Origin: Chloroflexota bacterium
Lineage (GTDB): Bacteria > Chloroflexota > Dehalococcoidia > Lucifugimonadales > JACPQL01
Length of the DNA: 64,000 nucleotides
Assembly: GCA_016190445.1 (NCBI GenBank)
Contig: JACPQL010000008.1
Coordinates: 3,139 to 67,138, forward strand
Reading direction: 5' to 3'
In this document: positions 28,530-38,103 of the stretch, in pieces
Position numbering within the stretch: position 1 is the stretch's first letter
Layout of the letters: each line of letters starts with the position of its first letter
Position numbers and translations under genes: made by a program
The notes under the pieces: generated by a model
Databases searched by the model: none
The model's input: the letters and a program-made list of their open reading frames with translations, nothing else
What the model was told of the DNA's origin: nothing

Positions 28530-29486
28530 TCACAAGCTCTTGGTCTTTGCGCCGGGCAAGCCACGCTGGCGGAAGAAGGCCACCGTGCGGGCCAGCCCCT
28601 CCTCCAGTGTAACCGCAGGTGCCCATCCCAGAGTGTCGCGGGCCCGACAGCTCTCCAGAGCAATGCAGTCCACCTCGCCGGGGCGTGCAGGCCCGTAGGC
28701 TATCTCTCCCCGGTACTCCGTGGTCTGGCGCAGCAGGCCGGCTATGCGGTTGACCGAGGTGGCCACGCCGGTGCCGATATTGTAGACCCCACCGACGCCC
28801 CGCTCCAACGCCAGGACGTTGGCCTCCACCACGTCGCCCACATACACAAAGTCCCGTTGCTGCTCGCCCGTACCGAAGATGGTGGGCGCCTGCTCCGTCA
28901 GCATCTTTTGGGTGAATATGGACACCACACCGGCCTCGCCAAAGGGGTCCTGGCGGGGGCCGTACACGTTGGCGTAGCGCAGCGCGGTCCAGGAGAGTCC
29001 GTATACCTGCTGGTACATGGCCAGGTACGTCTCCACCGCAGCCTTGGCCGCGCCGTAGGGCGAGAGGGGGCGCACCGGGTGCTCCTCCCCACACGGCACC
29101 CGCTCAGGATTGCCGTAGAGAGCGCCCCCGGTGGAGGCAAAGATAACGTGCTCCACGCCATGGCGCCGGCACGCCTCCAGCACGCTCAGCGACCCGAGAA
29201 TATTGGTGCGTGCATCTTCCCCCGGGTCCGCCACCGAGCGCACCACGCTGGTCTGGGCCGCGTGGTGCTCCACCACCTCCGGTCGCACCCTGGCGACCAC
29301 CTCCCCTAAGGCAGCAGCCTGGGTGATGTCCAGATGGTAGAAGGCGGCGCGGGGGTCCACGTACTCCCGCTTCCCCGTGGAGAGGTCATCCACCACAGCC
29401 ACCTGGTGGCCTAGCTCCAAGAGCCGGCCCACCAGATGAGAGCCGATGAAGCCTGCGCCCCCGGTGACCAGGATTCGCTTGGGCAA
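28530..29486 (-). CDS. NAD-dependent epimerase/dehydratase (GalE-like SDR)
   Basis: GGAGFIGSHL at the N-terminus and the YGAAK catalytic motif. Confidence 0.85.
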   Translation of the reverse strand: MPKRILVTGGAGFIGSHLVGRLLELGHQVAVVDDLSTGKREYVDPRAAFYHLDITQAAALGEVVARVRPEVVEHHAAQTSVVRSVADPGEDARTNILGSLSVLEACRRHGVEHVIFASTGGALYGNPERVPCGEEHPVRPLSPYGAAKAAVETYLAMYQQVYGLSWTALRYANVYGPRQDPFGEAGVVSIFTQKMLTEQAPTIFGTGEQQRDFVYVGDVVEANVLALERGVGGVYNIGTGVATSVNRIAGLLRQTTEYRGEIAYGPARPGEVDCIALESCRARDTLGWAPAVTLEEGLARTVAFFRQRGLPGAKTKSL

Positions 29487-29500
29487 TAGAGCGCTCTCCC

Positions 29501-30358
29501 TCAGGAATGGAAAGAATACAGGTTGCGGAGGCGGCGGACCCGCTCTTGAATGGGCGGGTGGGTAGAGAAGAGCCCCGCGACGCCACCTTTCAGCGGGTTG
29601 ACGATGAAGAGGTGGGACACCCCCTCATTCACCTTCATGGGATGCCGGGCTGTGCCCTTCTCTAGCTTCTCCAGGGCATCGGCCAGGGCCCACGGCTGGC
29701 CAGAGGTACGGGCGCCGGTGGCGTCCGCCTGGTACTCACGGGTGCGAGAGATGGCCAGGCGCACCAGCATGGCTGCCAGGGGCATCACGATGCCAATCAC
29801 CAAAAGAGCAATGATACCAGCGTAGGGGCTCTGCCGGTTGTCTCGCCCGCTCCCACCACCAAACATCATGCTCCAGCGGGCCATGAAGGCGATCCAGGTG
29901 ATCGCCCCCGCAATGGCGGCAGCCACGGTCATAATGAGGGTGTCCCGGTTGCCTATGTGGCCCAGCTCGTGGGCGATGACACCGCTCAACTCGTCCCGAG
30001 TGAGGAGACGCCGGATCCCTGATGTCACGGCCACGGCGGCGTGCTTGGGGTCACGGCCTGTGGCAAAGGCATTGGGAGAATCGCTCTGAACAGTGCAGAC
30101 CCGAGGCTTGGGTATCTGGGCCAGCCTGGCCTGGTCCTCGATGATCCGGTGAAGCTCAGGGTCCTGCTCCGCCGACACCTCCTTGGCGCCCGCCATGGCC
30201 AGTGCCAGCTTGTCGCTCCACCAGTAGGCGGCGAAGTTCATCAGCAGCGAGAAGACCAGGGCCACTATCACGCCACCGGTCCCGCCAATGAGCGCACCCA
30301 CCAGCAGCAGCATTCCCGTCAGCACCATCAGCAAGAAGAATGTCTTCAGACCACTCAC
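29501..30358 (-). CDS. htpX: Zinc metalloprotease HtpX
   Basis: TM helices, HELGHIGNRD zincin motif, REYQADA block. Confidence 0.9.
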   Translation of the reverse strand: MSGLKTFFLLMVLTGMLLLVGALIGGTGGVIVALVFSLLMNFAAYWWSDKLALAMAGAKEVSAEQDPELHRIIEDQARLAQIPKPRVCTVQSDSPNAFATGRDPKHAAVAVTSGIRRLLTRDELSGVIAHELGHIGNRDTLIMTVAAAIAGAITWIAFMARWSMMFGGGSGRDNRQSPYAGIIALLVIGIVMPLAAMLVRLAISRTREYQADATGARTSGQPWALADALEKLEKGTARHPMKVNEGVSHLFIVNPLKGGVAGLFSTHPPIQERVRRLRNLYSFHS

Positions 30359-30496
30359 GTCAGCTCAACCTCCCGGGCCCAAGCCCGCTCTTACAAGATG
30401 ATAGCACCGGTGCCGCCTCTGGGAAAGGACGGCCCCGGACCCGACTAGGCAGGGAGGCGTCTGCGCGCTAGAGTAGAAGCGGGTGGCTTTTGCCCC

Positions 30497-31681
30497 ATGC
30501 CTCATGACGTAGCGAGAAACGAGGTCAAGCTCCTGGCCCGGGAGATGGGCTTTGACGCGGTAGCCGTGGCCTCTGCTGGGCCACTCCTCAGGGGCGATGC
30601 GGCGGTGGCGCGGGTGCGCCAGGGCCTAATGGACGGCCTGCCCTGGTTCACCGAGGAGCGGGCCCGCAGGGCCTCCCGGCCAGGGGAGCTGCTGCCCGGC
30701 GCCCGGTCGGTCATCTCGGTGGCCATGAGCTACACCGCGCCCGCCGCCACACGCCCGGAGTCAGGACTGAGGGGGAAGGTGGCCCGCTACGCCCGGGGCG
30801 AAGACTACCATAGGGTGATGAAGAGGCGCCTGAAGTCCCTGGTGGAGGCGCTGGAGCGGCGCGCCGGGCGTCCGGTGCGGGCCCGCATCTTTGTGGACGA
30901 CGGCCCCATGCTGGACCGCGCCGCCGCCGAGGCCGCGGGAGTGGGTTGGTTCGGCAAGAACACCCTCATCGTCACGCCAGGCCTGGGCTCCTGGGTCTTC
31001 CTGGGACAGGCCGTCACTGACCTGGAGCTGGAGCAGGACACTCCCTTGAGGAAGAGCTGCGGCTCGTGCCATATCTGTATGGACCGGTGCCCCACGGGGG
31101 CCATTGTGGCGTCTTACGTGGTGGACAACCGGCGTTGCATCTCCTTCCTGACCATCGAGAACCGGGGCCCCATACCTGTGGAGCTGCGCCCCCTGGTGGG
31201 GGACTGGGTCTTCGGCTGTGACATATGCCAGGAGGTATGCCCGGTGAACCGCAAGGCGGCGCCTACGCGGGAGGCTGCCTTCTATGTTCGCAACGGCGGC
31301 ATGTCCACTTTGGACCTGGTGGGCCTGCTGGATATGAGCGAGGCGGAGTACCAGGAGAGGTTCCGGGGCAGCGCCATCAAGCGCGCCCGGAGGGTGGGGC
31401 TACAGCGCAACGCCTGCGTGGCCCTGGGCAACCTGAGGGACCCCGCCGCCGTGCCAGCGCTGACCAGGGCTCTTCAGCACGGGGAGCCTCTGGTGCGAGG
31501 CCACGCCGCCTGGGCCCTGGGGCGCATCGGAGGAGGGGCCGCACGACGGGCGCTGGAGCAGTCCCTGGTCCGCGAGGAGAACATCTATGTGCGGCAGGAG
31601 ATAGAGGCCGCCCTGGGCGAGTCCGCCGTGGCGGCGGTGTCCTCGGGGCGTGCCCCGTCAGCGCAGCGGTGCGAGGTGTAA
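30497..31681 (+). CDS. queG: Epoxyqueuosine reductase with C-terminal HEAT-like repeats
   Basis: Two ferredoxin-type clusters (CGSCHICMDRCP and GCDICQEVCP), a conserved WFGKNT block, and a HEAT-like tail. Confidence 0.85.
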   Translation: MPHDVARNEVKLLAREMGFDAVAVASAGPLLRGDAAVARVRQGLMDGLPWFTEERARRASRPGELLPGARSVISVAMSYTAPAATRPESGLRGKVARYARGEDYHRVMKRRLKSLVEALERRAGRPVRARIFVDDGPMLDRAAAEAAGVGWFGKNTLIVTPGLGSWVFLGQAVTDLELEQDTPLRKSCGSCHICMDRCPTGAIVASYVVDNRRCISFLTIENRGPIPVELRPLVGDWVFGCDICQEVCPVNRKAAPTREAAFYVRNGGMSTLDLVGLLDMSEAEYQERFRGSAIKRARRVGLQRNACVALGNLRDPAAVPALTRALQHGEPLVRGHAAWALGRIGGGAARRALEQSLVREENIYVRQEIEAALGESAVAAVSSGRAPSAQRCEV

Positions 31682-31683
31682 GG

Positions 31684-32136
31684 ATGCCACGGGTCTCCGT
31701 CTCAGGGATTATCTCTGCGCCAAGAGAGGAGGTGTTCCGGCTCTGGACCGCCTACGGGAACGAGCGCAAGGTGCGGGCCTTCCCTGCCATGCAGTCCCAG
31801 CGCGTCATAAGCCTGGATGGCAACGTGGCGGTGGTGGAGAACGTGTTCAACGTGGGAGGCCGCACCATCACTGACCGCCGCCGCTACGTCCTCTACCCGC
31901 CGGAGCGCATCGAGGAGACTATCCTGGAGTCGCCAGGCGTGTGGGGTACGATGGAGCAGCGGTTCGAGGAGGTGCCCGAAGGCACCAGGGTGACCCTGGT
32001 CCAGGACCTGCATTTCAAGGGGTTCCGTTTCTTCCTGGCGCCGCTGCTCCAGGGTTTCCTGCAAGGTAACGCCCAGGAGGTCATCGTCAAGGTACAGGCG
32101 TTCCTGAAGTCAGAGGGAGGAGGCACCAGAGAGTGA
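31684..32136 (+). CDS. SRPBCC (polyketide cyclase/START-like) family protein
   Basis: 150 aa beginning at ATG 31684, 3 nt after the queG stop. The upstream extension of the ORF overlaps queG in another frame and was rejected. Confidence 0.55.
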   Translation: MPRVSVSGIISAPREEVFRLWTAYGNERKVRAFPAMQSQRVISLDGNVAVVENVFNVGGRTITDRRRYVLYPPERIEETILESPGVWGTMEQRFEEVPEGTRVTLVQDLHFKGFRFFLAPLLQGFLQGNAQEVIVKVQAFLKSEGGGTRE

Positions 32137-32145
32137 GAAGCCTTC

Positions 32146-32718
32146 TTGCAGCACTTGCTTGAGGCCACGCTGGTCCTGGCGGGCTACGTGGTGGGCTCGG
32201 CCCCCTTCGCCTACCTGGTGGCGCACGCCAGGGGCGTTGACGTACTGAGAGTGGGCACGGGCAACCCGGGGGCCGCCAACGTCTTCCGGCAGGTGGGGCC
32301 CGTGGCCGGGGTGGCGGTCTTCGCCCTCGACGCGGGCAAGGCGGCCTTACCCGTGGCCCTGGCGCGGGTGCTGGGCGTGTCCGAGTGGGCAGCGCTCCTG
32401 GCCGGCACGGCGGCGCTGGTGGGCCACTGGTACCCGGTCTTCCTGCGCTTTCGCGGCGGCGCCGGGATAGCTCCGGCCATCGGCATTGGCCTGGGCGCAC
32501 TGCCCGTGCCCGCGGCCATCGGCCTGGCGGTGGGCGGTGCTGCCCTGGTGCCCCTGCGCAGCACCGGCTACGCCACCGGATTGGGTGTGGTCGCCTTCCT
32601 CATCAGCGCCCTTGCCCTGGGCTCCGGCGTGCCTCTCACCCTGGCGGTGGCCGCCCAGATGCTGCTGGTGGTGGTGCGCCGCTACCTCCTCCCCTTCCAC
32701 AAGGGCGGCGGTACATAG
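32146..32718 (+). CDS. plsY: Glycerol-3-phosphate acyltransferase PlsY
   Basis: YVVGSAPFAYLVA...GTGNPGAANVFR...HWYPVFLRFRGGAG blocks. Confidence 0.85.
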   Translation: MQHLLEATLVLAGYVVGSAPFAYLVAHARGVDVLRVGTGNPGAANVFRQVGPVAGVAVFALDAGKAALPVALARVLGVSEWAALLAGTAALVGHWYPVFLRFRGGAGIAPAIGIGLGALPVPAAIGLAVGGAALVPLRSTGYATGLGVVAFLISALALGSGVPLTLAVAAQMLLVVVRRYLLPFHKGGGT

Positions 32719-32834
32719 GGTTGAGAGGCCGGGGCAATCATAACTACGCGGGCAGTAGCCCGCTCCCCTCTGTGCCTGCTACAATGTCCAAGTCCCCCGC
32801 TACCACGGCGGGCGCCCCATTCCAGGAGGCCGTT

Positions 32835-33137
32835 ATGCCCGACAGAACACCCCAGCTCACCATTGAAGAGGTACGGCATATCGCCATCCTCTGCCGGGTA
32901 GGCGCCACGGACGAGGAACTCGAGCGGCTGCGCGAGCAGTTGACTCACATCCTGGAGCAGTTCCAGGTGCTCCAGGAGATTGATACCGAGGGCGTGCCCC
33001 CCACGGGCCACTCGGTGGCCCTGCACTCGGTGATGCGTGACGACGAGCCGGGGCCCTCCTACCCTGCTGAGGAGGTGCTGGCCAACGCTCCCAGGCAGGA
33101 GGACGATTACTTCCGAGTACGGGCGGTGCTGGAGTAA
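32835..33137 (+). CDS. gatC: Asp-tRNA(Asn)/Glu-tRNA(Gln) amidotransferase subunit C
   Basis: 100 aa with [26 protein letters not shown] and typical GatC length. AGGAGG RBS. Confidence 0.9.
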   Translation: MPDRTPQLTIEEVRHIAILCRVGATDEELERLREQLTHILEQFQVLQEIDTEGVPPTGHSVALHSVMRDDEPGPSYPAEEVLANAPRQEDDYFRVRAVLE

Positions 33138-33141
33138 TCAG

Positions 33142-34608
33142 ATGGACAACGCCCTCTACTATCTGAGCATCCGAGAGGCAAGCCAACTGCTCCGCCGCAG
33201 GGAAATCTCCTCCGTGGAGCTGACCCGCGCCGTCCTGGAGCGGGTGCGACAGGTGGAGCCTGCCATCCAGGCCTACAATGCTGTCACCGAGGAGGTGGCC
33301 CTGGAGCAGGCGCGCCGCGCCGACCAGCGGTTGGCCTCCGAAGATGCCGGCCCCCTCACTGGCATCCCCATGCAGATCAAGGACAATATGTGCACCAAGG
33401 GCATCGCCACCACCTGCTCCTCGCGGATGCTGGAGAGCTTCGTCCCCGTCTACGACGCCACGGTGACCCGCCGCCTCAGCGATGCGGGGGCCGTGCTGGT
33501 GGGCAAGGGCAACATGGACGAGTTCGCCATGGGCTCCTCCACGGAGAACTCGGCCCTCAGGAAGACCCACAACCCATGGGACACCACCCGGGTGCCTGGC
33601 GGCTCCAGCGGCGGCCCCGCGGCAGCGGTGGCCGCCGGCGAGTGCCTCTTTGCCCTGGGCTCGGACACCGGGGGCTCCATCCGCCAGCCCGCTGCCCTCT
33701 GCGGCATCGTGGGGCTGAAGCCCACCTACGGCCTGGTGAGCCGCTTCGGCCTGGTGGCCTTCGCCTCCTCTCTGGACCAGATTGGGCCCATGACTCGCAC
33801 CGTGGAGGACTGCGCCCTGGTGCTGAACGCCATCGCCGGGCACGACCCCCTGGACTCCACCTCCATCCCCCACCAGGTGCCAGACTACACCTCCGCACTC
33901 CGGGCAGACCTCCGGGGTGTGCGCCTGGGCGTGCCCCGCGAGTACTTCGGCGAAGGAATTGACCCCCAGGTGGAGGCCACCATCCAGCAGGCCATAGCCC
34001 GCATGGAGGAACTAGGCGCCACCATCGTCCGGGACGTCTCTCTGCCCCACACCCGGCACGCCCTGGCCGTCTACTACATCATCGCCCCCTCGGAGTGCTC
34101 CGCCAACCTGGCCCGCTACGACGGCGTGAAGTACGGCTACTCCCACGCCGAGGCCGGTAGCATGTGGGAGGCCATGGAGAAGACGCGGCAGCACGGCTTC
34201 GGCCCCGAGGTGAAGCGGCGCATCATGCTGGGCACCTACGCCCTCTCCGCCGGGTACTACGACGCCTACTACCTGAAGGCCCAGAAGGTGCGAACCATCA
34301 TCACCCGAGAGTTCCAGGATGCCTTCCAGAGAGTGGACACCCTGGTGACGCCCACATCGCCCACCGTGGCCTTCCGGCTGGGCGAGAAGACCGAGGACCC
34401 CGTGCAGATGTACATGAGCGACATCTGCACTATCCCGGTGAACATCGCGGGGCTTCCTGGCATCGCCGTCCCCTGTGGCTTTCTGGACGGCCTGCCGGTG
34501 GGGATGCAGATCATAGGCAAGCACCTCGGCGAGGAGACGCTGCTTCGCGTCGCCTACGCCTACCAGCAGTCCACCGACTGGCACCAGCAACATCCGCCCC
34601 TTGTGTAG
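33142..34608 (+). CDS. gatA: Asp-tRNA(Asn)/Glu-tRNA(Gln) amidotransferase subunit A
   Basis: Amidase signature [14 protein letters not shown]...[12 protein letters not shown]. Start at 33142, directly after gatC. Confidence 0.92.
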   Translation: MDNALYYLSIREASQLLRRREISSVELTRAVLERVRQVEPAIQAYNAVTEEVALEQARRADQRLASEDAGPLTGIPMQIKDNMCTKGIATTCSSRMLESFVPVYDATVTRRLSDAGAVLVGKGNMDEFAMGSSTENSALRKTHNPWDTTRVPGGSSGGPAAAVAAGECLFALGSDTGGSIRQPAALCGIVGLKPTYGLVSRFGLVAFASSLDQIGPMTRTVEDCALVLNAIAGHDPLDSTSIPHQVPDYTSALRADLRGVRLGVPREYFGEGIDPQVEATIQQAIARMEELGATIVRDVSLPHTRHALAVYYIIAPSECSANLARYDGVKYGYSHAEAGSMWEAMEKTRQHGFGPEVKRRIMLGTYALSAGYYDAYYLKAQKVRTIITREFQDAFQRVDTLVTPTSPTVAFRLGEKTEDPVQMYMSDICTIPVNIAGLPGIAVPCGFLDGLPVGMQIIGKHLGEETLLRVAYAYQQSTDWHQQHPPLV

Positions 34609-34632
34609 TGCTGGGCAGAGAAGGAGGTACCC

Positions 34633-35118
34633 ATGGGCAAGAAGGGAAGGGAGATAGTCAAAGGCGATGTATCGCGGTTGCTCCAGGACCTTCATGGCGC
34701 CTACGCCCTGGAGTGGGTCGCCCACTATAACTTCATGTTGGCGGCGCATGTAGCCGCGGGCATCAACGCCCCCGTGGTGGCCGGCGTGATGCGCAAGAGT
34801 TCGGAGGGCGAACTGAAGCACGCCAACAGCATCGCCGAACGGATAGTCCAGTTGGGCGGCGAGCCCATCCGGGACATGGCACAGCTCCCGGCCCGCAGCG
34901 GTTGCCCGCCCTTTGCGCTCCCCGAGGAGGGCACCGACCTGGAGAGCATCCTCAAGGCGGCCCTGGAGCTGGAGAGACACGCCATCGGCTTTTACCAGGC
35001 CCTGGCGGACAAGACCCGGGCCGTGGACATCGTCACCCACGAGCTGGCGGAGGAGCTTTTGGCCGACGAGGTGGCCGAGGAGGAGGAGTTGGAGAACCTC
35101 CTGGGCCGCAGCGGCTAG
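34633..35118 (+). CDS. Ferritin-like (bacterioferritin/Dps-like) four-helix-bundle protein
   Basis: 161 aa with ferritin-like helices bearing E/H ligand candidates (ALEW, EGELKHANS, LELERHAIGFY). Confidence 0.65.
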   Translation: MGKKGREIVKGDVSRLLQDLHGAYALEWVAHYNFMLAAHVAAGINAPVVAGVMRKSSEGELKHANSIAERIVQLGGEPIRDMAQLPARSGCPPFALPEEGTDLESILKAALELERHAIGFYQALADKTRAVDIVTHELAEELLADEVAEEEELENLLGRSG

Positions 35119-35128
35119 CCCCCCCACC

Positions 35129-35827
35129 ATGGACGAAGAAGACCTCTCCATCCGCATCCTGGACGTGGCCACCACCGGCAAGGAGGCCAAACGAGGCGGC
35201 CAGGAGTTACTGCTCCGCACCACGCGGGGCGATATCTACTGCGCGTTCCACCAGTCATCACAACCCCAGGCCGGGGTGGTGTGGGTAAGTGGGGCCAGGG
35301 GGAACATCGCCGGCCCCGCCGACGGCATGTACGGTCGCCTGGCCGAGCAGTTCATGGCCACGGGGATCACCTCCCTGCGAGTGGGCCAGCGCCAGCCCGG
35401 CGTCCTGGAAGAGGCGGTCATGGACACCCTGGCCGGGGTATCCTTTCTGAAGGGACTGGGCTATGCCCGCGTGGCGCTGGTGGGACACTCCTTTGGCGGG
35501 GCCGTAGTCATCGCCGCCGCCCCCTTCTCCCCGGAGGTAGTGGCGGTGGCAGCCCTCTCCAGCCAGACCTACGGGGCCCAGCAGGTGGCCCAGGTCTCCC
35601 CCAGACCCCTTCTTCTGGTGCACGGTGAGCTAGACGAGCGCCTCTCCTCCGAGTGCTCCGTGCTCATCCACCAGTGGGCCCGCGACCCCAAGGAGCTGGT
35701 GATAATGGAGGGCGCTGGCCACGCGCTCATGGAGGTCAAAGACCAGCTAGACGCCCTGCTGGGCCGCTGGCTGGCTGATAAGTTGCCGGCCAACACCCGG
35801 CCCTCTGCGGGAGGTGAACTTCCATGA
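35129..35827 (+). CDS. Alpha/beta hydrolase (dienelactone hydrolase-like)
   Basis: Nucleophile elbow GHSFGG and a late GAGHAL block. Start trimmed to ATG 35129. Confidence 0.75.
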   Translation: MDEEDLSIRILDVATTGKEAKRGGQELLLRTTRGDIYCAFHQSSQPQAGVVWVSGARGNIAGPADGMYGRLAEQFMATGITSLRVGQRQPGVLEEAVMDTLAGVSFLKGLGYARVALVGHSFGGAVVIAAAPFSPEVVAVAALSSQTYGAQQVAQVSPRPLLLVHGELDERLSSECSVLIHQWARDPKELVIMEGAGHALMEVKDQLDALLGRWLADKLPANTRPSAGGELP

Positions 35828-36444
35828 ACATGCCCACAAACACGCCCGATGAAGAGCTAAGCATCCTGTTTGGGGCATTCTGCGATGGGCTCCACCAGGA
35901 AGCGAGAGCCCGACGCATGGCCAAGCTCACAATTGGCGCCTCTGGTGTCGATCTCGGTGTTTCTCTCACTCAAGCGCGAGAAACAGAGGTAGCGTCAAGC
36001 CTCTATTTCCACCTCCGGTCCATCGGGTTCTTCGTTCAAATGGAATCCTACTTTGCTACTGGAAACCAGAGACGCCGCCCGGACTTCCGCATCTGGCTAC
36101 CCGTCACACGGACCTACTTGTATCTTGAGTTGAAGCTGGTCGCGTGGGGTCGTGGCTGGAGGTTTTATGGGAAGCCTGCCCTAGAGGACATTGGAAAACT
36201 CGCTCAGGAGACTGATCCTCAGAATCTCCCAAATGGGCTGGCCATGATCGGATTCGACAATCCCGATGCACATGAACGCCTAGAACAGAAATGTCAGAAG
36301 TTGTCGGAGGATATCACGCAGCAACACCCATCGTATCAGAGAGTGGGCCTTCAGAGCGTTGACCTCCAAGGCCTGGATGCAAGGACCTCATGCGCCATGG
36401 TGGGTCTGTGGGTCCGCAAGTGCCCAACACAACCCGCAGACTAG
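35824..36444 (+). CDS. Hypothetical protein with a candidate PD-(D/E)xK nuclease-fold motif, in a lower-GC patch
   Basis: 206-aa ORF with an ATGA overlap onto the hydrolase gene. RRPDFRIWLPVTRTYLYLELK fits the PD...ExK pattern. Third codon positions are visibly richer in A/T than in the neighbours. Confidence 0.5.
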   Translation: MNMPTNTPDEELSILFGAFCDGLHQEARARRMAKLTIGASGVDLGVSLTQARETEVASSLYFHLRSIGFFVQMESYFATGNQRRRPDFRIWLPVTRTYLYLELKLVAWGRGWRFYGKPALEDIGKLAQETDPQNLPNGLAMIGFDNPDAHERLEQKCQKLSEDITQQHPSYQRVGLQSVDLQGLDARTSCAMVGLWVRKCPTQPAD

Positions 36445-36550
36445 GGGTGCAGGGGCACAGCCCCAGGAGCTTGCCCTGAGCGCAGCCGAAGGCCCGGGGG
36501 TCTGGGGGTGTCCCCCAGAAGCGCTTGAGGGCGGGCGGGTGGGAAGAAAA
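36444..36550. repeat. REP-like mosaic (units shared with 25849, 47041, 49680, 50688)
   Basis: ggggtgcaggggcacagcccc + aggagcttgccctgagcgcagccgaagg + cgggggtctgggggtgtcccccaga + gagggcgggcgggtgggaag. Confidence 0.75.
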
Positions 36551-36679
36551 CGTACGCCTCTCGCGTCAGCGTGTACGCCTGCTCCTGGGGAGCACGAGTA
36601 CAAGGGTGAACCCCTTCCTGCTTGTGGCTGAATCCGCCGCCAGGTATCATGGGGAAGGACACAGCGCCCCGGAGGAGCC

Positions 36680-37414
36680 GTGAACAGCCGAAGAAAGGGG
36701 TCGACGTGCGCCATCGAGGTGCAGGGGCTGCATAAGGCCTTCGGTCCCCTCTCCGTGCTGCGACGCCTCAGCCTGCGGGTGGAGTGGGGCGAATGCCTGG
36801 TTCTCCTGGGGCCCAACGGCTCTGGCAAGACCACTCTCCTCAAGGTGCTGGCCACCCTTGCCAGGCCCGACGCAGGCCAGGTGCAGGTGGCAGGGTACGA
36901 CCAGCGGCAGTACCCAGCCCATGTGCGGGCAGCCGTGGGGATGCTGGGGCACCACTCCCTTCTGTACGATGAGCTGACCCCTGAGGAGAACCTGCGCTTC
37001 TACGGTAGGCTGTACTCCGTGGCTGGCCTGGAGCAACGCATAGCCGAGGTGCTGAAGCGCGTGGGCATGGCAGAGCGAAGACGCCAGCGGGTGCGCACCA
37101 TGTCGCATGGCATGCAGCGCAGGGTGGCGCTGGCGCGGGCCATCCTCCACGACCCGCCCGTGCTGCTGCTGGACGAGCCGGAGTCAGGGCTGGACCAGGA
37201 GGCCCTGAGTCTGCTGAAGGGGATCCTGAAAGGCACCGTGGAGCACGGCGGCTCAGTGCTCATGAGTACCCATAACCTGGAGCAGGGGCTGGCCCTGGGC
37301 GACCGCATCGCCATCCTGGCGGGCGGGCGCATCGCGTACCTGGAGTCCGCCAGGACGCTGGACGCCGCCGCCGTCCAGGGGGCCTTCCGGCGGCATACGG
37401 GGGCCAGCCTGTGA
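36680..37414 (+). CDS. ccmA: Heme-exporter-type ABC ATPase
   Basis: Walker A GPNGSGKTT, signature MSHGMQRR, Walker B LLLDEP. Directly followed by ccmB and ccmC. Confidence 0.8.
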   Translation: MNSRRKGSTCAIEVQGLHKAFGPLSVLRRLSLRVEWGECLVLLGPNGSGKTTLLKVLATLARPDAGQVQVAGYDQRQYPAHVRAAVGMLGHHSLLYDELTPEENLRFYGRLYSVAGLEQRIAEVLKRVGMAERRRQRVRTMSHGMQRRVALARAILHDPPVLLLDEPESGLDQEALSLLKGILKGTVEHGGSVLMSTHNLEQGLALGDRIAILAGGRIAYLESARTLDAAAVQGAFRRHTGASL

Positions 37415-38085
37415 CCAACTTCTGGCGGGCTGTCCTCACCATACTCTGGAAGGACATACTGCTGGAGGTGCGGGCCAAAGAGACCATCACCCCCGTCCTG
37501 GTCTTCGCCTTCCTGGTGGTGATCATCTTCAACTTCGCCTTTGAGCCCACCCCTCTTCTGGTGGTGACGGTGGCGCCGGGAATCCTGTGGGTGGCCTTCA
37601 CCTTCGCGGGGGTCCTGGGGCTAAGCAGGAGCTTCGCCGTGGAGAAGGACAAGGGCAGCCTGGACGGGCTCATGCTGGCCCCCGTGGGGCGCGAGGCCAT
37701 ATACTTCGGCAAGCTCCTGGGGAGCTTTCTCTTCATGCTGGTGGTGGAACTCCTAATGCTGCCGCCCTTCCTGGTACTGTTCAACGTGCCGCTCTTCGAG
37801 CCTGAGTTCCTTATCACCGCGATGGTGGCCACCCTGGGCTTCGCCGCCGTGGGCACCGTATTCTCGGCCATGTCCGTCAACACCAGGGCGAGGGAGATCA
37901 TGCTGCCGGTCCTCTTCTTCCCCATCGTGTTGCCGGTCATCATCGGCGCAGTGGCGGCCTCAGGCCCCATCCTGGAGGAGGGGAGCTGGTCGGACATCGC
38001 CGGGTGGCTACAGTTCATGGTGGCTTTCGACGCCATATTCCTTGTGGTATCATCTTTGACGTTCCAGTTCGTTCTGGAGGAGTGA
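37411..38085 (+). CDS. ccmB: Heme exporter protein B
   Basis: 224 aa with six hydrophobic segments. GTGA overlap with ccmA. N-terminus ILWKDILLEVRAKE is typical of CcmB. Confidence 0.8.
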   Translation: MTNFWRAVLTILWKDILLEVRAKETITPVLVFAFLVVIIFNFAFEPTPLLVVTVAPGILWVAFTFAGVLGLSRSFAVEKDKGSLDGLMLAPVGREAIYFGKLLGSFLFMLVVELLMLPPFLVLFNVPLFEPEFLITAMVATLGFAAVGTVFSAMSVNTRAREIMLPVLFFPIVLPVIIGAVAASGPILEEGSWSDIAGWLQFMVAFDAIFLVVSSLTFQFVLEE

Positions 38086-38103
38086 GCGACGGCACCAGAG
38101 GCC

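Noticed and set aside
34913-35128. Long N-terminal extensions of track ORFs that overlap upstream genes: 34913-35128, 31225-31683, 32385-32834, 33037-33141, 58974-59282, 47524-47634, 49769-49948 and 26325-27479 (upper end).
   Set aside because: The extensions overlap well-supported upstream genes or REP units in another frame, and they translate to R/G/P-rich low-complexity sequence. Internal ATGs with RBSs align with the family N-termini.
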